Positions 38,801 to 53,614 of a DNA stretch of 64,000 nucleotides are shown here, one piece after another; the stretch's first letter is position 1; each line of letters begins with the position of its first letter. Origin of the DNA: Catajapyx aquilonaris (Eukaryota); the NCBI GenBank assembly GCA_000934665.2, contig JYFJ02001845.1:1-64000 (forward strand), read 5' to 3'. The position numbers and the translations under genes were made by a program. Under the pieces are notes generated by a model that had not been told where the DNA came from, did no database searches, and was given only the letters and a program-made list of their open reading frames with translations.

Positions 38801-41800
38801 AATGGCTGTATAAACAAGCATGATATTGTTTGAGCTCAATTATATTGCAAATTGAACGAAAAGAGTGTCCTACTGTTCCAGCTGTGACTTCTGCAGTAGT
38901 ACGCTTTGTATTATGTAAGAGTTGTCTAATTATTGCTACAGTAAGATTTATAGAAACATAACGTATGTAGATGCCCTCTTTATTTAACATTGACTGTCCA
39001 TAACCCGCGCATCAAAAATTCCACCGACATTTTTTTTGCTGCCTAATACCGCCTGTATGCTGTCAATTCCGTGACTAATTAAGTCCAGATAGGCCCACAC
39101 AAAGCACCCTTCCCAATCATAACCCCTACTAGCTGCATGCAAAAGAACGAGCCCCTCCCAACGCATAAAGCAGAGGATATCCGCCAAACGATTCACCCCC
39201 CCCCATACCCTCTCTATAGACCTCCCCCTCCACCCATATACCTTCTGAAAAGAGCCTATTGAATCAGTGCACCGGCCATAAGGCGGCAAAATCGGCCGGA
39301 TCCGCCTGCACACAAGTGAACCACGCGTACTATACACGAGCTTGTAGTACATCATCGTTAGGCTGCCCCCCTCTCTCAAAAAAGACGCGTGCTTTGATTA
39401 CATCCCTTGATATATGAACTCATAAAAAATAAGTAAGAGGCGGAGGGGTGGGGGGAGAAAAAGGCAAATACGACTTATGAAACACGCCGCCGGATTAATT
39501 TTACTATACACGATCCGCCCTCATGGGACATATTTTTGCTTTTCATTGTCACGTCGATTTCTACTCGCTTCTTTCTCTACGACGGGCATATTTCGTGTGT
39601 GTGTTCTTTCCTGTTCTTTACGAGTACACGGCAGCATAACAAGACGCGGGGCGTGGCTTGGAAGTCATGAGTATCGAATAAATCCAAGTTAGGATCGGTT
39701 GGGTGACTTGGATGGCATCGGCGGCAGGTACAGAACCCCTCTGGCAATGACAGAGGCCGAGTTTGAGCTGATTGGAGGGCGGGAATTTTTTATGTGGCTC
39801 TGACACGCCATCGCAGGTATTTGGCTGGGCCAGGAACTATTACCGGGTCGCTCCGGATAAACAAAGCCGGTCGGGTCGAAATTGCGACTTCCACGGTTTT
39901 CAAAATGGCCCGTACCAGCGATTGCTTTCCGGATTATAATATCAATAAAAAGTGAAATAAACTTCGGGTTCAACAGACCAAGTCAATTGACTAACCAGGC
40001 CAGGGTTGTGTACAGCACCTTGGAAAAACAATTTATTATATTATTTTAATTGATTTTCATGTACAGGTCTGAAATTCAAGCGTATACATTTTAATCACAT
40101 CCTGTATAGGTGTGGGCTGGAGTGGAACAAGGTTAAACAGTAACTGGAAGGATTACATGCGTCACAGGTTTTCTCACACAAATTTTGAGATTACATTCTA
40201 AAATCAACTTCAAGGTGAACTGCTGCGTCATCGTTTTTGGCTCAAAAAGTCGAAAATTGTGTCGTTACGAACTTAATGCGATTTGTGCAGTATCACAGCA
40301 GGTGCGTCCATTTAGAGTGTGTAACCATGCGGTTGAAATATACACCATGGACCCATAGCAGTCAGCCGTAGATTAGGGTGTTGAAGGCCGACCCTTCACA
40401 AAGGTCCAGGATATATTGCACTTCCTAACTGAAGCTAATTATCTCAGTAATGACGCACCACCGACCACCGCCTGAACACAAAATGATAATCTAGCCCAGT
40501 TCAGCTTACCAGGAATTAATTCTACCTATTGGACTACGCAACACTGTAAATCCCTGTAATCTTAGAGAATGTGTATGCACATACATGTAGGCCTACTGAT
40601 CAAGCTAATTCAGTGTAATTACAGAATTTTGCACACAGAATCCGTAGTAGCTTACCCGTAAAAAAATCGGTAGCTTCCATCCAAGCAAAAACCGGAAAAT
40701 ATATCGACACTTCACTACAGAAGCCTCTCTCAGCCGATCTCTTCAATCCCGTTCTGCATGATAGTCCCTAAGAAAAAGGCAAAAAAAAGGAAGCTTCGAA
40801 CTGTGCGCAAAAAAAGGGCAGCATCACAAGATCAAGCCTCCACCTTTGTTCCTCTCTAAGCCTGCTTCCCCGCAAAACATCCCACTCCATTTGTAGTCCT
40901 CTGAGAGTCATCCATCTATTTATCTTTATTGACAGGCTAGACCTACCCCCTCCCCCTCCACTCTTTGCTCTTGGTTTTGCCCCTCCCCCCCTCACTCCTG
41001 CTCTATCCGGAGCTGGAGTGATTTCTCGCGTCGAAATCTTGGGATCCAAACGGGCAAATGGAATCTTTCGTCGGGAATAGGTGGGCCTAATGGAGTATTT
41101 GTGGAGCGAAGAGGCCTTCCCAAGAACAACCAGGTGAATGAAGTTGCTCCAAATGGAGAAAAGCTGTAGCTGAGGAAGAAACTTTCGCCCAGACAAGAAT
41201 TTTCCGAGACTCTTCAGCCCCCTCTGGCTTCTCCTTTTTTATATGTAGCTACTATAGACAGAGCAATGAATACATTTGAACTGTTTGCACAATTTTTTAC
41301 AGACGACCAAATTAATCATGTGGGTCATGGTCAGGTGGGTGTACAAAAATTATCATAATCCCTGGTCCGGTTAGCGTGTACGCTGTAGCGTTCCGATTAA
41401 ATTATCAATTAACAAACGTGTATAAGCACCGGACTGTTTAATTCCATTGGAAGCCAATTAGAATATTCTTTGTGCGTGCGGCCAGAGCCTGCGGAAAAAA
41501 TCCTCTAATAGCAAATGATCTGCAAAGGGACATAATAGCAGCTTCTGTTCTCGCTAATCCGTTTTGTTAAGCCGATACTCATCAGGATATATCACATCAA
41601 TGTTAATTTGCGTGCGCCCCAACGTGTTTACATCGATAACATTTGCGGTGAACAGGTATTTTGCGGTGGGGGTGGGGGGGTGAGTTTTTTTATATAATTG
41701 TTTCTTTTGGCTTGAATGTACACCGCATAATTGCACACAACATAGCATGAAATTTAACCTGCGCCAAGAAGGAACAATACATGTACAAATGAGGCACTAA

Positions 41801-44800
41801 TCTAGTTTGTTATTTTCGGCTCATTAATTATAATTCCCTGCCTCTATACACACACACACAAAATTCGCTAGAGCGCCATTAAAACCCTCTACAACAGGGT
41901 GAATCGACAGTCCTCGTCAGTCTCGAATTTGCAAAGCGGTTTGAAGTATGAGTGATACACGCATGTTTGGACAAGAGCACCATCTAAATATTCCAACTCG
42001 GCCTGTGCATCATCACAACAATGCAAACTATACCTGCTTCCACTTAACCAATAATAATGTATTATAATATTAAAATGTGCATTTCAGTTTGTGCAATTTT
42101 CTTTCCCTTGTTACCAACTGTTTATTAACTCCTGTACTAAAGTTTGACGAGTTTTCACCTATTCCTTGCGGCTAATGTAGTTTTCCCCAGGTAGCTCGTC
42201 GAGTCCGTACAGTACATCTAACTGAAGTTCAAAGTTATAGCTACAACTTACACCACATAAGAATCCGAATCCATGCGACCCACTTATGAGATGCAAATAA
42301 CGAAGCTCTGAAACTTCTCCAAAGATCGCCTCGAGAGTCTCATTAACACGTTTCCTCCTCTCACAACCAGTCAGATCATGTAGGTGCAAATTAGCTGCAA
42401 ATATGCATGGTCCAATAATAATCCGAAGTGCAAGCCATAAAAATATAAGGCGACAGTACTCTTTTTCTTTAAACGAGATAATGAGTATAAGGTTGGAGGG
42501 TAGTTAAAAAGAGAGCGGCCAAGTAGTCGTTTCGTGCATCCGCGGAAATTGGAGATCCCCGTCGATGTGTGGCTTTGGAGTTGTTTGGAGACGGAGTTAG
42601 CTGGGGGAAGGGGGAGGAGGAGGGTAGAAAGAGCCGGGGAGGAGGAGGGAGAGTGGAAAACATGCTCGGCGGCAAAGCGACTTCTGCCCTCTTTCCCATG
42701 CCTCCCTCTGCTAATAAGAGAAAAGCTCTGAACTACCCTTCCCTCTTTTCTACGGGTCGATCCTCTTTTTATATATATTACCAGACGACTTTGGAGGCCC
42801 CATAGATTTTTGCAGGCTCGTGGCTCATTCGGGTGACTATGTACTGCATATGACAATTTCAATTATCGTCTCTGGTTACAGTGCACAGTTTGAACACTGT
42901 ATCTGAAGCCATTTTGACAATTGCGTTACGATGCAGAGACCAATTGAAAAAAATTATAGTGAATCTATTGGCCCATGCAAGTACAGTGTATCAGCGCAAA
43001 ATTGAATTATGTGTACAGTACATCGTAACTCACTACTTGCACACCCAGTTGAGAAAACACTATTTTCCGATACCCTACAAAAACCCACCTGACTTCTATA
43101 AATAATATTCAATAACCGCCTTATGATAACCTAACCTCCAAACCTATTACAAAATTTAACGACAGGCCCGGAAATTGACCGGAACATTTCCAGTGTCCAC
43201 ATGATCCATCAAAGGGAATAGCTTACAATATACGTGCACCTCACTATCAGCCTGACGTTTCTTCCGTAAGCCTGTGTACCACACCGTACCGTTCCTGGCA
43301 AGGAAAACCTCCGATTAAATCTGCATCTGATAGAACTACCCCCACAGTATATCGACCCAACCACTTTCTGACACACACCCAACGATTCACCCTCCAAAAA
43401 ACGGACGCGTCCGTCTTGATCACCACATTTGCCGCCTCCCCCNAAACTTCACCCCTCCAAGTCATACCATAAAACACGCCAGGGCACGAGTACCATAAGA
43501 CCAAAGTTTTTTCCCCCTCAGGTCTCCGCATCCCTGGCAAAGAACCCCATTAACAACTTCATTACCACGAAACGTGCTGGGCAGTCAGGTGAAATCGGGG
43601 GGAGTGCTAGGACCCTATACTGTCCCAAGCTATAGGGTGTTTTTTGAAAAAGGGGACAAAACCAGATGGTCCGAAGCCGTCACGCACGCGGATCGACCTT
43701 GCGCCAGACACCATACACATATCGCCCCCCAAAAAAAGAATCGAATGGGGGCTGACTTTTCATGAAATGTGTGGGGGGGAACATCTCTTTGTGGTGTGTG
43801 ACCCCCACCCACAACTACCCACCGAAAACACGCTATGTGACATGCAATGTTAATTATGCCTGTGGGAAAAATAGGGAGGGAATAAGGAAAAAAAAGTAAT
43901 GTCCAGCACCTATTGCCTCAATAGTAAGAAAATTCTAGGTGAGGGCGTGGATGCAGGAAAGTTGCCAATCATTAGTGGAGATTAGAGGGTAAGATAAGTG
44001 CCATGCACGGTTAGGGATCTTGCATGATTAATGCGATATGACGCCCATTTCCATACGGACTTTTTGATTTTTTAAGGGACGTTTACCAGCATTTTCCCGC
44101 CTTGTTTTTTTGAAAAAGCGGTTGTGATAAGCAAACAGGCAAATGTTGGGAGGGAGAAAAAAAATGCGTATCGGTCTGTTGGGAGGATAATGCTTAAAGC
44201 TGCGGTGATTTTCCGGAGGGTGTATACCGGGAGCATGGTATTGCTCCCTGGAGGATTGTTTGGCGTAACGATGTTCATTATTCACGCCATTATTGCTTGC
44301 AACGACACCCCTCCCACCACCCTACCTTCTTCTCTCGCGAGCTGAGTCGACTGCTTTTTCTTTGATCGAAAGGAGGCGTAGGCTGAGCTGACTTGGCTCA
44401 GAAAAGCTCAGTAGACCCGAACCAATTTGTTAAGCAATCACTTTTATTCCCTCGTTTGAAATTACTCGCGATTTTACCCGATTTGTTACGGTGAACTCGA
44501 TAATCCTTCGAGCCGAATTGAGAAGTTATACGACATTTTGATATTGAAAAAAAAACTCATCGACTTGCCCAAGTGCGACTTGTAAATTTTACAAAACAAT
44601 TTACACCCAGGCAATAATTAACAACAATTAATGCTTGACCTATACATAGGAGTAAAACATTCATCAACGTCTCTTTGTAAATGAGGTATATTCATATTAT
44701 AAGAGATTAGAAGGCTACTAGTTAACCAGAGGGGTAGCAACCGGCCAATTTAATGTACACCGGGCTTACGTTACCTCGATTTGAACATGAATTAATATGC

Positions 44801-47537
44801 AGAGAATCAAGGCTAATATTTCACGTTAGTATGAGTTTAACCAGTTGAAACAATGAGAATCAAGACTTCATTTCGTTTATTGCCACTTTAGTGGCTACTC
44901 TTAAATGAACCAGTGCAAACAGCGTTCCTTCATAAAAGGCACTTAACCGACAGGCATGACGTAGAGTACTGTAGAGCTACAAGTGCACAAATAATAGTAA
45001 TGGAAGGTAAATATCTGAATGGCCTACTGAGACGGATCCCCGGTCCCTGCCTGGGCCGTTGAATGTTTGCCAATACAGTTTGAAAGCCTCCGCTTCAAGT
45101 CAAATTTATCCTTGAATCTATGCCTCTCCGCCGCACAAAAGAACCATGAAGTTTGCCCCGAGCGGCAAGGATAAATGGATCACATTAGTAGGAAGACTTT
45201 TTTTTACCACAACGTTAACATTCACCCGCGTTTTGCTATCGACCCGATATTTCCGGGAGGAAATTCGGCTGTGAATTATTATAGGAAGAAAAATCTGGGG
45301 CTACACAACATGTGTAGACAAGGCCTTATAGTGGGTTAGAACAGGTCCATTAATCCTGACTATTCCTGGCAACCTCTCATGCTTCGTGTGCGTAGAGAGA
45401 AAACCTATAAATCAGGATCAAGTGTTAACGCGTGTAGGAATTCATGCTAACCCGGCGAAACCTGCTGTTAGCCCCGGGGCCAAATCTGTCAAGGGAAAAC
45501 CGTTGTTCCAGAGAACCGGTAGAGAGTAGCAACACCGTATCGTGAACAAATAGGGCGGAGTGCTATATGCCTGCTTACATACTGTAAATTCCAAACCAAG
45601 GACAACCTTTCTCAGGGCTGCCTAACGCCACCTTTGTCAAGCAGGCCGCCTTTAAAGACACAAGTGCTCAAACCTGTCGAGTATTTTTTGTTATAGGCAG
45701 TACCATGCTCTAATAATTTTCCTTGCAGGTTGCAGGAAATCTTTAAGAAAAAAACGACGACTACTACTATGGTACTGCTTCTGATTGTATGGACACTTTA
45801 TTAATATTAGTCGGATTATGCCAATAGATATGTCAACTCATATTGTCTCCAAACCTCTCTTTCAGCCTCAGTCTGGCGGAAATATATAGTAACATCGAGC
45901 GCCTTGCTTTTCGCAAACAGTTGGCCAGCACTGTTGACTTGCAGTACACAACCAGTGCTTGTGGTCCATAAAGCTGCTAATGCGATTAATAAATAATTCG
46001 TCCATCGCGCCGCAAGAGCATACAACGTATGCACATGATGATTATGGGATGCTCGGTGCAGCTTATGATACATGTACACAGCGGCATGCAGGCAGCAGGT
46101 ATACGGTTGAGTCGCTTTTTGCCATGGGGAGGGGTCGGCTCTAACGGAGCCAAAGAATTTATGGACGTCACAATGCACGTCGTTTGAATTTAAATCAGCG
46201 GATTGATCAAGAATAGATAGGTGGTTTAGCACCATTCACTGGAGCCGGGGGTTCGGAAAGGGGGATACATCGCATTATGCCTATCGATCATTACTAGGCA
46301 AATTTATTGATGAGCTGTGAACTTCCAAGTTCGCCTTTTTGCCAGTCCTTCAATATTGTGACTTATTACGCCCATAAAGCGGCAAGTGGTGTTCAAAGTG
46401 TCTCTGTGCAGTAATAAGGTCCACGTGCCCGTGAAATATGAATACAGAATCGATTGTACGTAATTACGGTCGTTATGCTCACAGTGTTTAAAGCCGGTAT
46501 TCTCAGACTTCGCTCTTACATAGTGTATTCACCTTCTCTACGTTGCTGCCTTGCCAAATATACCGGTACAGTATTTATGTCGCTGCAATATGGGTTCTTC
46601 CTCGTTCAAGCTCCACAAGACGACTGCAGTACCAAACTAATGGAGATGAGCGAAAGAATTGACCTTATTTTACTGTGTATGAACTTATTGCATTCTTTCA
46701 CAAAAAATGAAAGTATTGCTTTCTATTTTATGCAACATTCCTTGGAAATGTTATTGCACAGTACTTATTCTATAGGAATTTCTCAGTATACAACACATTT
46801 TCTTATGTATCTCTGTCACAGTTAAGGACTATAAAGGTGTGAAGGCACAGAAGCTCGGGACAGAAGGAACTGGAGCGCGAATGTGTTTTGCAGGAACGGA
46901 AGAGACTAGTGCGATCCCGGAAAGAGTAGGTCCAAGTTTTGCCAATCAGTGGCATGGGTCTCACGTCCACAGGTCCGGAGATAAGCGTTCGACTCAGATG
47001 CCCTGCCGCTCGGATAGTCAGAAGGCCAGGGGACCAATCAGGGAAGCCAGCTTTTTCCGGGGAGGAAAAGGTTTTTCCTCCATTTCCCCAACCTCCGACC
47101 TCAAACAGTTTCCCCCACCTCCCCTTTACTTTATACTACCCCCCTCTCCCTTCCTAGTAAAGATAACACAACAACTTCCTCCGATCTATCTTCATGAACG
47201 TCAGAGCGTCTTCCAAGAGTGGCCGCTCTCTTCTTTTATGTATGAAAGGTCAAGTTGAAGAGGGGAACTCCCGGACTCTGGATGGTCCGGGAGGGATGGT
47301 CGAATTCGGGCGATGGGCTGGAGCCAATCAGGTGATGTTTTCACACACATCCGGTCCATTGGATTCAACTTGTCCGAACACGGCTCGAAACTCTGGCTTT
47401 GAAAGGGCTAATGTCCGACTGAGATGTCCACTTCCCCTGTGTTGCCAACTCCATGAAAATAATTAGCACAAAACTGTTGCCAAAACTTGGCAACACTGCC
47501 GTGCCCGGCCCCCACTTAGATGTAGTACGAAATGCCA

Positions 47538-47551
47538 TTACCAGATGGCGC
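47538..47551 (+). promoter_or_regulatory. Candidate CTCF-type binding motif
   Basis: ttaccagatggcgc carries the AGATGGCGC core. Motif match only. Confidence 0.25.
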
Positions 47552-50500
47552 ACATGCTTCCTCTCTGCACACTTCTGCCGCTCTCAGAAGGAGAGTAGTA
47601 CTACATGCACGTTGGTGATGAGTCACCGTGGACAGACAGAGTCTCTCCTCCCAATTATAATATAAGTTACGACCAGATCATATTATAAACATTATCTCTC
47701 AGCTAGTAAGTCGCGTCTTGTGTATAACCGGCGGCCTTTTCGTGTGGCTTAATCGCATGGGTCGTACCGCAATGTTTACGACCTTCGCCCAAATTAGGGT
47801 AGTTGTATTGCAGAAAGCCTACCATTCCACTCATAAATGTAGTGCTAAATTCCAAGATCGATGAGCAAGTCAACTTTCGCATCACACAGGACATTTATCC
47901 CCGGCTTTTGCAGTCCCCCCCCCCCCTAGAGTTTTCCTACATTCCGCAGCGGTAAATGGACTACTCTGTATCCTAATCTCGCCTTGGCCAGAAGCGTTCC
48001 ATGCCCGGGGGCCAAACGAGTTTCAGTGTGTCACGGACTATGGCTCCAAAATCTGCCCAAAATGTCATTCCGAGGTCACGAGGGGGGGCTGCTTAGCCAG
48101 GTCCGCCAATCCTCATTGCCACAAGTCGCGCTAAATAGGGCTTAAACACCATAGAATATAATTATGCGAGGACTTTTATATTGTGCGTGCATGCATTATA
48201 ATTTTTGTATTCAAAAATTATGATTTAAAAAACGTATGCACCCAATCCTCTTTACTATATTTTCAGACACAAAAAAAAAATCCGTGAAATGATGTCAACT
48301 CCGACGCTAATCTAATAATTCGATTTGCGGGGGGACGAGGTCACAGCCAGGTATTTTCTGTGTACTACCGCTGAATCCCCCGCATTGTGTCCATAATATT
48401 ATTTTTAGCGGATTTTGCGCAAATTTTTTTCTCTCCTCCACACGCGGTTGCAAAGCGCAGGACAATGCCATTGCCTGGCGTCATGTGTGCAAATTCCCGC
48501 CAAATCACCCGACGTCACTTTTAGAGGATTTTCAAGCCCTGGTTGTGTCAGCAAGCAAAACACGCACGGCAACGTTGCCAACGCATGTTTCGTAATGATT
48601 CGCGCAAACTTCTGCTACGAGTTTGTGAATAACTTGCAAACATTTTTTTTGTAGACATGTCATATGCTGGTAGAAGCCTCGTTACTGATGTATTTTTTTA
48701 AATTATTTATTTTACCCCATGGTGAGCCATATAGGCTTTAGTGTTACTGATATAATTAACCTTCAGTTTGGATGCAGAAAAAGAGCGGTTGGCGAAAAAA
48801 AAAAACCATAAGACCTGAAAGTCACGCCCTTCCCTGTGACCACCATAATTCTCCCGGCTATAAACCCACCCCGTGAAAGTACAGGAACTGAAATTATTCC
48901 CTTCTGGGAGGTATGTTGACCCGGAGTAGTCATGAATCATGCACCCGTCCATGCAGAATGAAGAAGGTCCTCGGTGAAAGAGTTTCTCAGCAAAGGTATG
49001 GCAGGGAATATAACTCGAAGAAGAAGCGTAGGAAGAAAAAAAACCACATGCATAGAATGTCCTTCTATCGTTATTTCAGGGGTAATAGTGTAGGGCAAAA
49101 CAGACCGCAGGCTAGAGAAATCCAACATTTGGAACGTACGTAATTAAACAAGGAAGAACCGCGCCCGCTGACTCATCGGTTGCAACTGCGGTTATTCATC
49201 GCTGGAGGTAATTCCGTTTCCACTGGCGCTGGCATAGACACTTGCTTTATTAGACGCGGCTCTGGTGTGGACTTGTAGAATTTCACTACAATACTTTTTT
49301 CGCGTTTTAGCCTATCTGCAGACCTGCAAAAGGTTTTTTTTCTGCGGAAAATACAGCAAATACGTCCTGGGGACAGGGTGGAACTTGGAAGTTAAGTCTG
49401 GATGTGAAATATACGGTCGGGTCTAACTTGGGTACGGATTTAATTGGAAATGTGTATACATACGTTGGATGAAGGTTTATTACACGATGGGGAGAGAGAA
49501 CGAAAAAAAAGTTTTGGTACGCAAAAACGTTACAAAATTACGGATATACTGTTGGGTCGGGAGGACAAAATGCTTCGGGCCCGCACTGTTTTTCTCAACT
49601 TGCAATATGTTTGGAAAAGCAGAAACTGCGAAAACCTACGAATTTTGCAAAAATTCCGTATGAATTACGCAACCAGCTTTCAAAGTCAGGCTTGTAGGAC
49701 GCACCCCGGCGGGCCTAAAACAGTTCCATGGGCTGTAAAATTTCATTGCGAATTTTAGTCAGGGTTTTACTATAAAACGATTCGACAATTTTAATTATAT
49801 TTACCACACCAGAGTTCAAGCTGTCCTGTCCTTATAGTTTACAAAGCGACGGATTTGCGACACAATAACAGTAATCCAAATAGGTCAAGTAATCCGGCCG
49901 TTGCGCATCCCACAATAATTACAAAATTAATTAGTAATTTGCAGCTGGTACATCGAGGCCACGTTTCTTCATCGCAACTCCATTTCGGTACGAATCAAGA
50001 TTTCTCCCATAAGATGTCCCAGAAGCAGCAAATGCACTTGCTCACTTCCACCAGACCAAGCCAAAACCTTCCCCCGAGGGCCCATGGGACTTTGCAAGCC
50101 CCACTACCTTTTCCACTAGCCCCCCCCATTCCCCATACCCTACCTTCCACATTACCAGGCCTCCACCATTCCCATTTGCATTTCCCATTTCATCCCCTGC
50201 TTCTCACGAACATTAAATTTTCACCACCGATTCACGCCCGAATCGGATTTGCTACTTAGGTCTTGGAATTTCACGCTACCGGTATGATGAGAGTCGCCGG
50301 CATCAATAATTTCTATAATTGCTAACCGGGGTATGATTAATATTGTATGAGGGCTGATAGGTTATATCACTCTCGACACTGGGACTGCCGCACTCACTCT
50401 CTCTCTCTCTAACCCCTGGGCCAAACTATCCAAAACACATCTGCTCAAAGGTACGTAAATGCCCCCAAAAGTGTCAGCATATGGTACAAAAACATGGCAT

Positions 50501-53500
50501 TATCAAACGCAATCTATGAGTTAACTTGAATGCAAACATCGTGTCGTGTTCATTGCCTGGACTGTCCGGCTTTTTCACCCAGCATTATGCTTCGGGACGG
50601 AATAAATAATCTCAAATGGCTACGTACGACCTGTGAATAATATATTCAGAGCACGAAAACCAAGGATGTAGGGCGCTAATTCTCGCAGGATTAGTTGGCT
50701 GGGGGTTTTGCGGTCGCAAAAAAACTCCGCATAAAATATAGAGAAGGAGGTGCAAGTTTTGCATACGGTGGCCTTCATTTACTCTAGATTTCCATCCATT
50801 CAGGAAGAAGATTAACAGAATTGATCAGTGTTTTGGACCAGGAAAAAAAAATATTGGCATCGTCGCAAGCATGTCGCAAAATGCAAATTAGGGCCAGACA
50901 TGAATATATTCCCGGACGTCTCCGGAGATTTTTGTCTTTTGGATTTGAAGAGAAAGGGCCTTCCCTTTTTTGGGAGGCCGAAACTCGAGCCAAGTTGGCT
51001 CCTCATCCCGGAAATTCGAGTTTGGGCCGGAAACCCTATAACCCCCATTACGACACGTGCGGCCCTGGACATGAAAAATCTCCTCGGGCAGGCCTGAAAT
51101 TACTTGTTCAGACAACTCTAGCGTGTACCACTTCTGGGTTAATAAAGTAAAGATGATGAATTATCAGCCGCTGGTTATAACTGTCAGGCGTAACTACACA
51201 AAAGTGCGTCAGAAATTGCATTACACAACTATACTATATAAACTAACATTGAATGAAACTGGGGCAACACAATTTGCCTGAATATTACCACTAACTTTCG
51301 AGAAGGCACCAGGGTAAACCATTTTCACTGCAATATTCTCCATTGCACTTGAGTGAAACTACGCAACTTCAAAATCGCGTTGAAGTTGTACCCATTGCAT
51401 GCCTTAGTTATAAAATGTTAATAAGCAGGCCAAATAGTACGCGGTCCCTTTACCCTAGGGCTCTCGTTGGTAAAGCACAAGTTTCACCGACGATTTGAAA
51501 CAGCAGCGCAATTTCTAAGCATTCCATTCACTTAAAGTACGTTGCAAAAAAAAATCTGCCTGTAGTGTCTGGGATGGCATTTCTGGAGGCTCGATATCCC
51601 TTCACCTGGCCCCCTTCAATAGGCCATTGTCAGGGACTAAACTTGTGCCCTTTGGGCTCCTGGAGACAGGCAGCGGAGCAGAACGTGAGCAACTCTGCTC
51701 GGAATACGCAACGCCCCTTGCAGCAGCACAAAAGGGATAGTCTCCAGAAGATGAGGCCTCGATATGTGTCCATGGCCAGCTCCTCTTTAAAACGTCTTAC
51801 CAGAGAAGACGGAGAAGCACTTTGTCTCCAGCCTTCTCAAAACCCGAAAACCCAGCAAAGGAACCTCAAACCCTTCCTTTCCTTACTCACACCCGAACGG
51901 ATTGCTGGAGAAGTAAGAAGACGGGAGACTGAGTTTTACATCGGATAAGCCGACTCGGCGAGATTTGCGCGGTCAATATCCGCGAACCTGTTCTTGAGAC
52001 CTTTTAGCCCGACAACCCCCCAGGAGAACGTGCGGTCTTACGCCTAAACGCCCACGCTCTCAAATCAGCGCTGCATATTTTGAGTGAAAACCTGCTTGGG
52101 TCTAACACCATCTGGCTTCCGAACTGCATCTATAGCTCTATTAAAATGTTCCGACAAGTCAAAATATTGCCATTATTCTTACTCATATTTTTGTACTAAA
52201 CTACAGTACAGAAATAATATGGAAATGACATTGTCGAACACTGTACAGCTTTATACCAGGATGAATAATGGCCTAAACTCTGCTGGATAGCCCTACAGTG
52301 TGCATGGCTCGTAATGCACAATATAGTGCATTACTTTGAACGTTAAAAAAGTACCGATTGATCTACGCACGCTATTAAAATCCCCAGGAAAATTGCCGCG
52401 ACTCAAGCGATTGGATAACAAGGATTAATTAGTAGCCAGCCGTATATCCTCTTACTACAAACATTGGATTCAAAAAACGAGTGTCGCCCGAAGAGGGGTC
52501 AACGATTAAGCCAAAATGTCATCATCACGGGATAATGAAAATTCGATAAGGCCGGAGCTTTTTGACGGCAAATTCTGCCGCCACAGAGATCCATCCTCTC
52601 TTCATTAAAAAAATAGAGCAAGTGGAGGCTTAGAAACACTCTTTTTCAAGCCATTTTAAATACTGTTTGATCATAATTCGCAAGAGTTTGAAAAAAAGGA
52701 ATTTTTTTGCACATTTCTGGGACGCATCAAGTTGGAAGAGAAATTTCGCCTGGGTATAAAAAACAAGGTTCTAGCCGAGTATTGGCTGCCATACGATATA
52801 TAAAGTTGCACGTTGACAGTGTCGTTGGATAAGCTGTCGGGAAGTCTTGATGGAACTTGGGGAGCTGCACTGCGTCATTCAAATGCAGACCTTCCCCCTT
52901 TTTCTATAGCCTGCTATTACAACACTTTTCCGGTCAGGTCAGGTAGGAAAATGCCGATTTTATAAAGCGATAGGGTTTAAGCCCTTCAGCCATTAAAACA
53001 ATTAACAATAATGGCTGCCCGACATGTTTCATTTCCGGTTGCGATTTTGACGGCTGTTATTCTCATTCCCGTCATTCCCCCAGTTTTAATGGTCGGACCC
53101 CCCTCCAAGCATCGTAATTCCTAATTCTAATGCATTTCCCCACCGACAAAGACTACATGACTGCAATGAATAACCACGACATTATATGGAAACCTGCATT
53201 TAATATTTTCCTTTGGAAACAAGCAAAATCCAGGCCGATTCTTGGCATCAAAGGAGCACAATAATTTCGGGTCGAGGCTGGGGGAAGTTACAAAGATGCA
53301 ACAACACAAAGTTTTGGGCCTGGTTAAGAGCATTACTGCCACTCACGTGCGTAAAACTGAAGGAGAATTTATCGATTGGGTTTTGTAGGAAGCCGGTGTA
53401 ACTTTGCTGCACTGTTTGTGCTGCTCTGCTCAGAGGAAGCCAACTTGGAAGGACTTATTGCACGCGGGGTCCTGCAAGAGAAACGGCCCAGTCTGTTCCG

Positions 53501-53601
53501 GGGGGGTCTTGCCTCCAAAGGCTTTTAGTATAATTATTGACATGTCACAAGTTGGCCGCTGCGTTGTCCCCTAAAATCAGGCTTGAAGTTGGGAAGAAAA
53601 T

Positions 53602-53614
53602 CAGTAGATGGCGC
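53602..53614 (+). promoter_or_regulatory. Candidate CTCF-type binding motif
   Basis: cagtagatggcgc resembles the CTCF core consensus (CA[C/G]YAGRKGGCGC). Motif match only. Confidence 0.3.

Noticed and set aside
51801..51885. Strong minus-strand phase-1 donor (CTG|gtaaga) as a signal-peptide exon
   Set aside because: The frame has no ATG before an upstream stop and the peptide is not signal-like.
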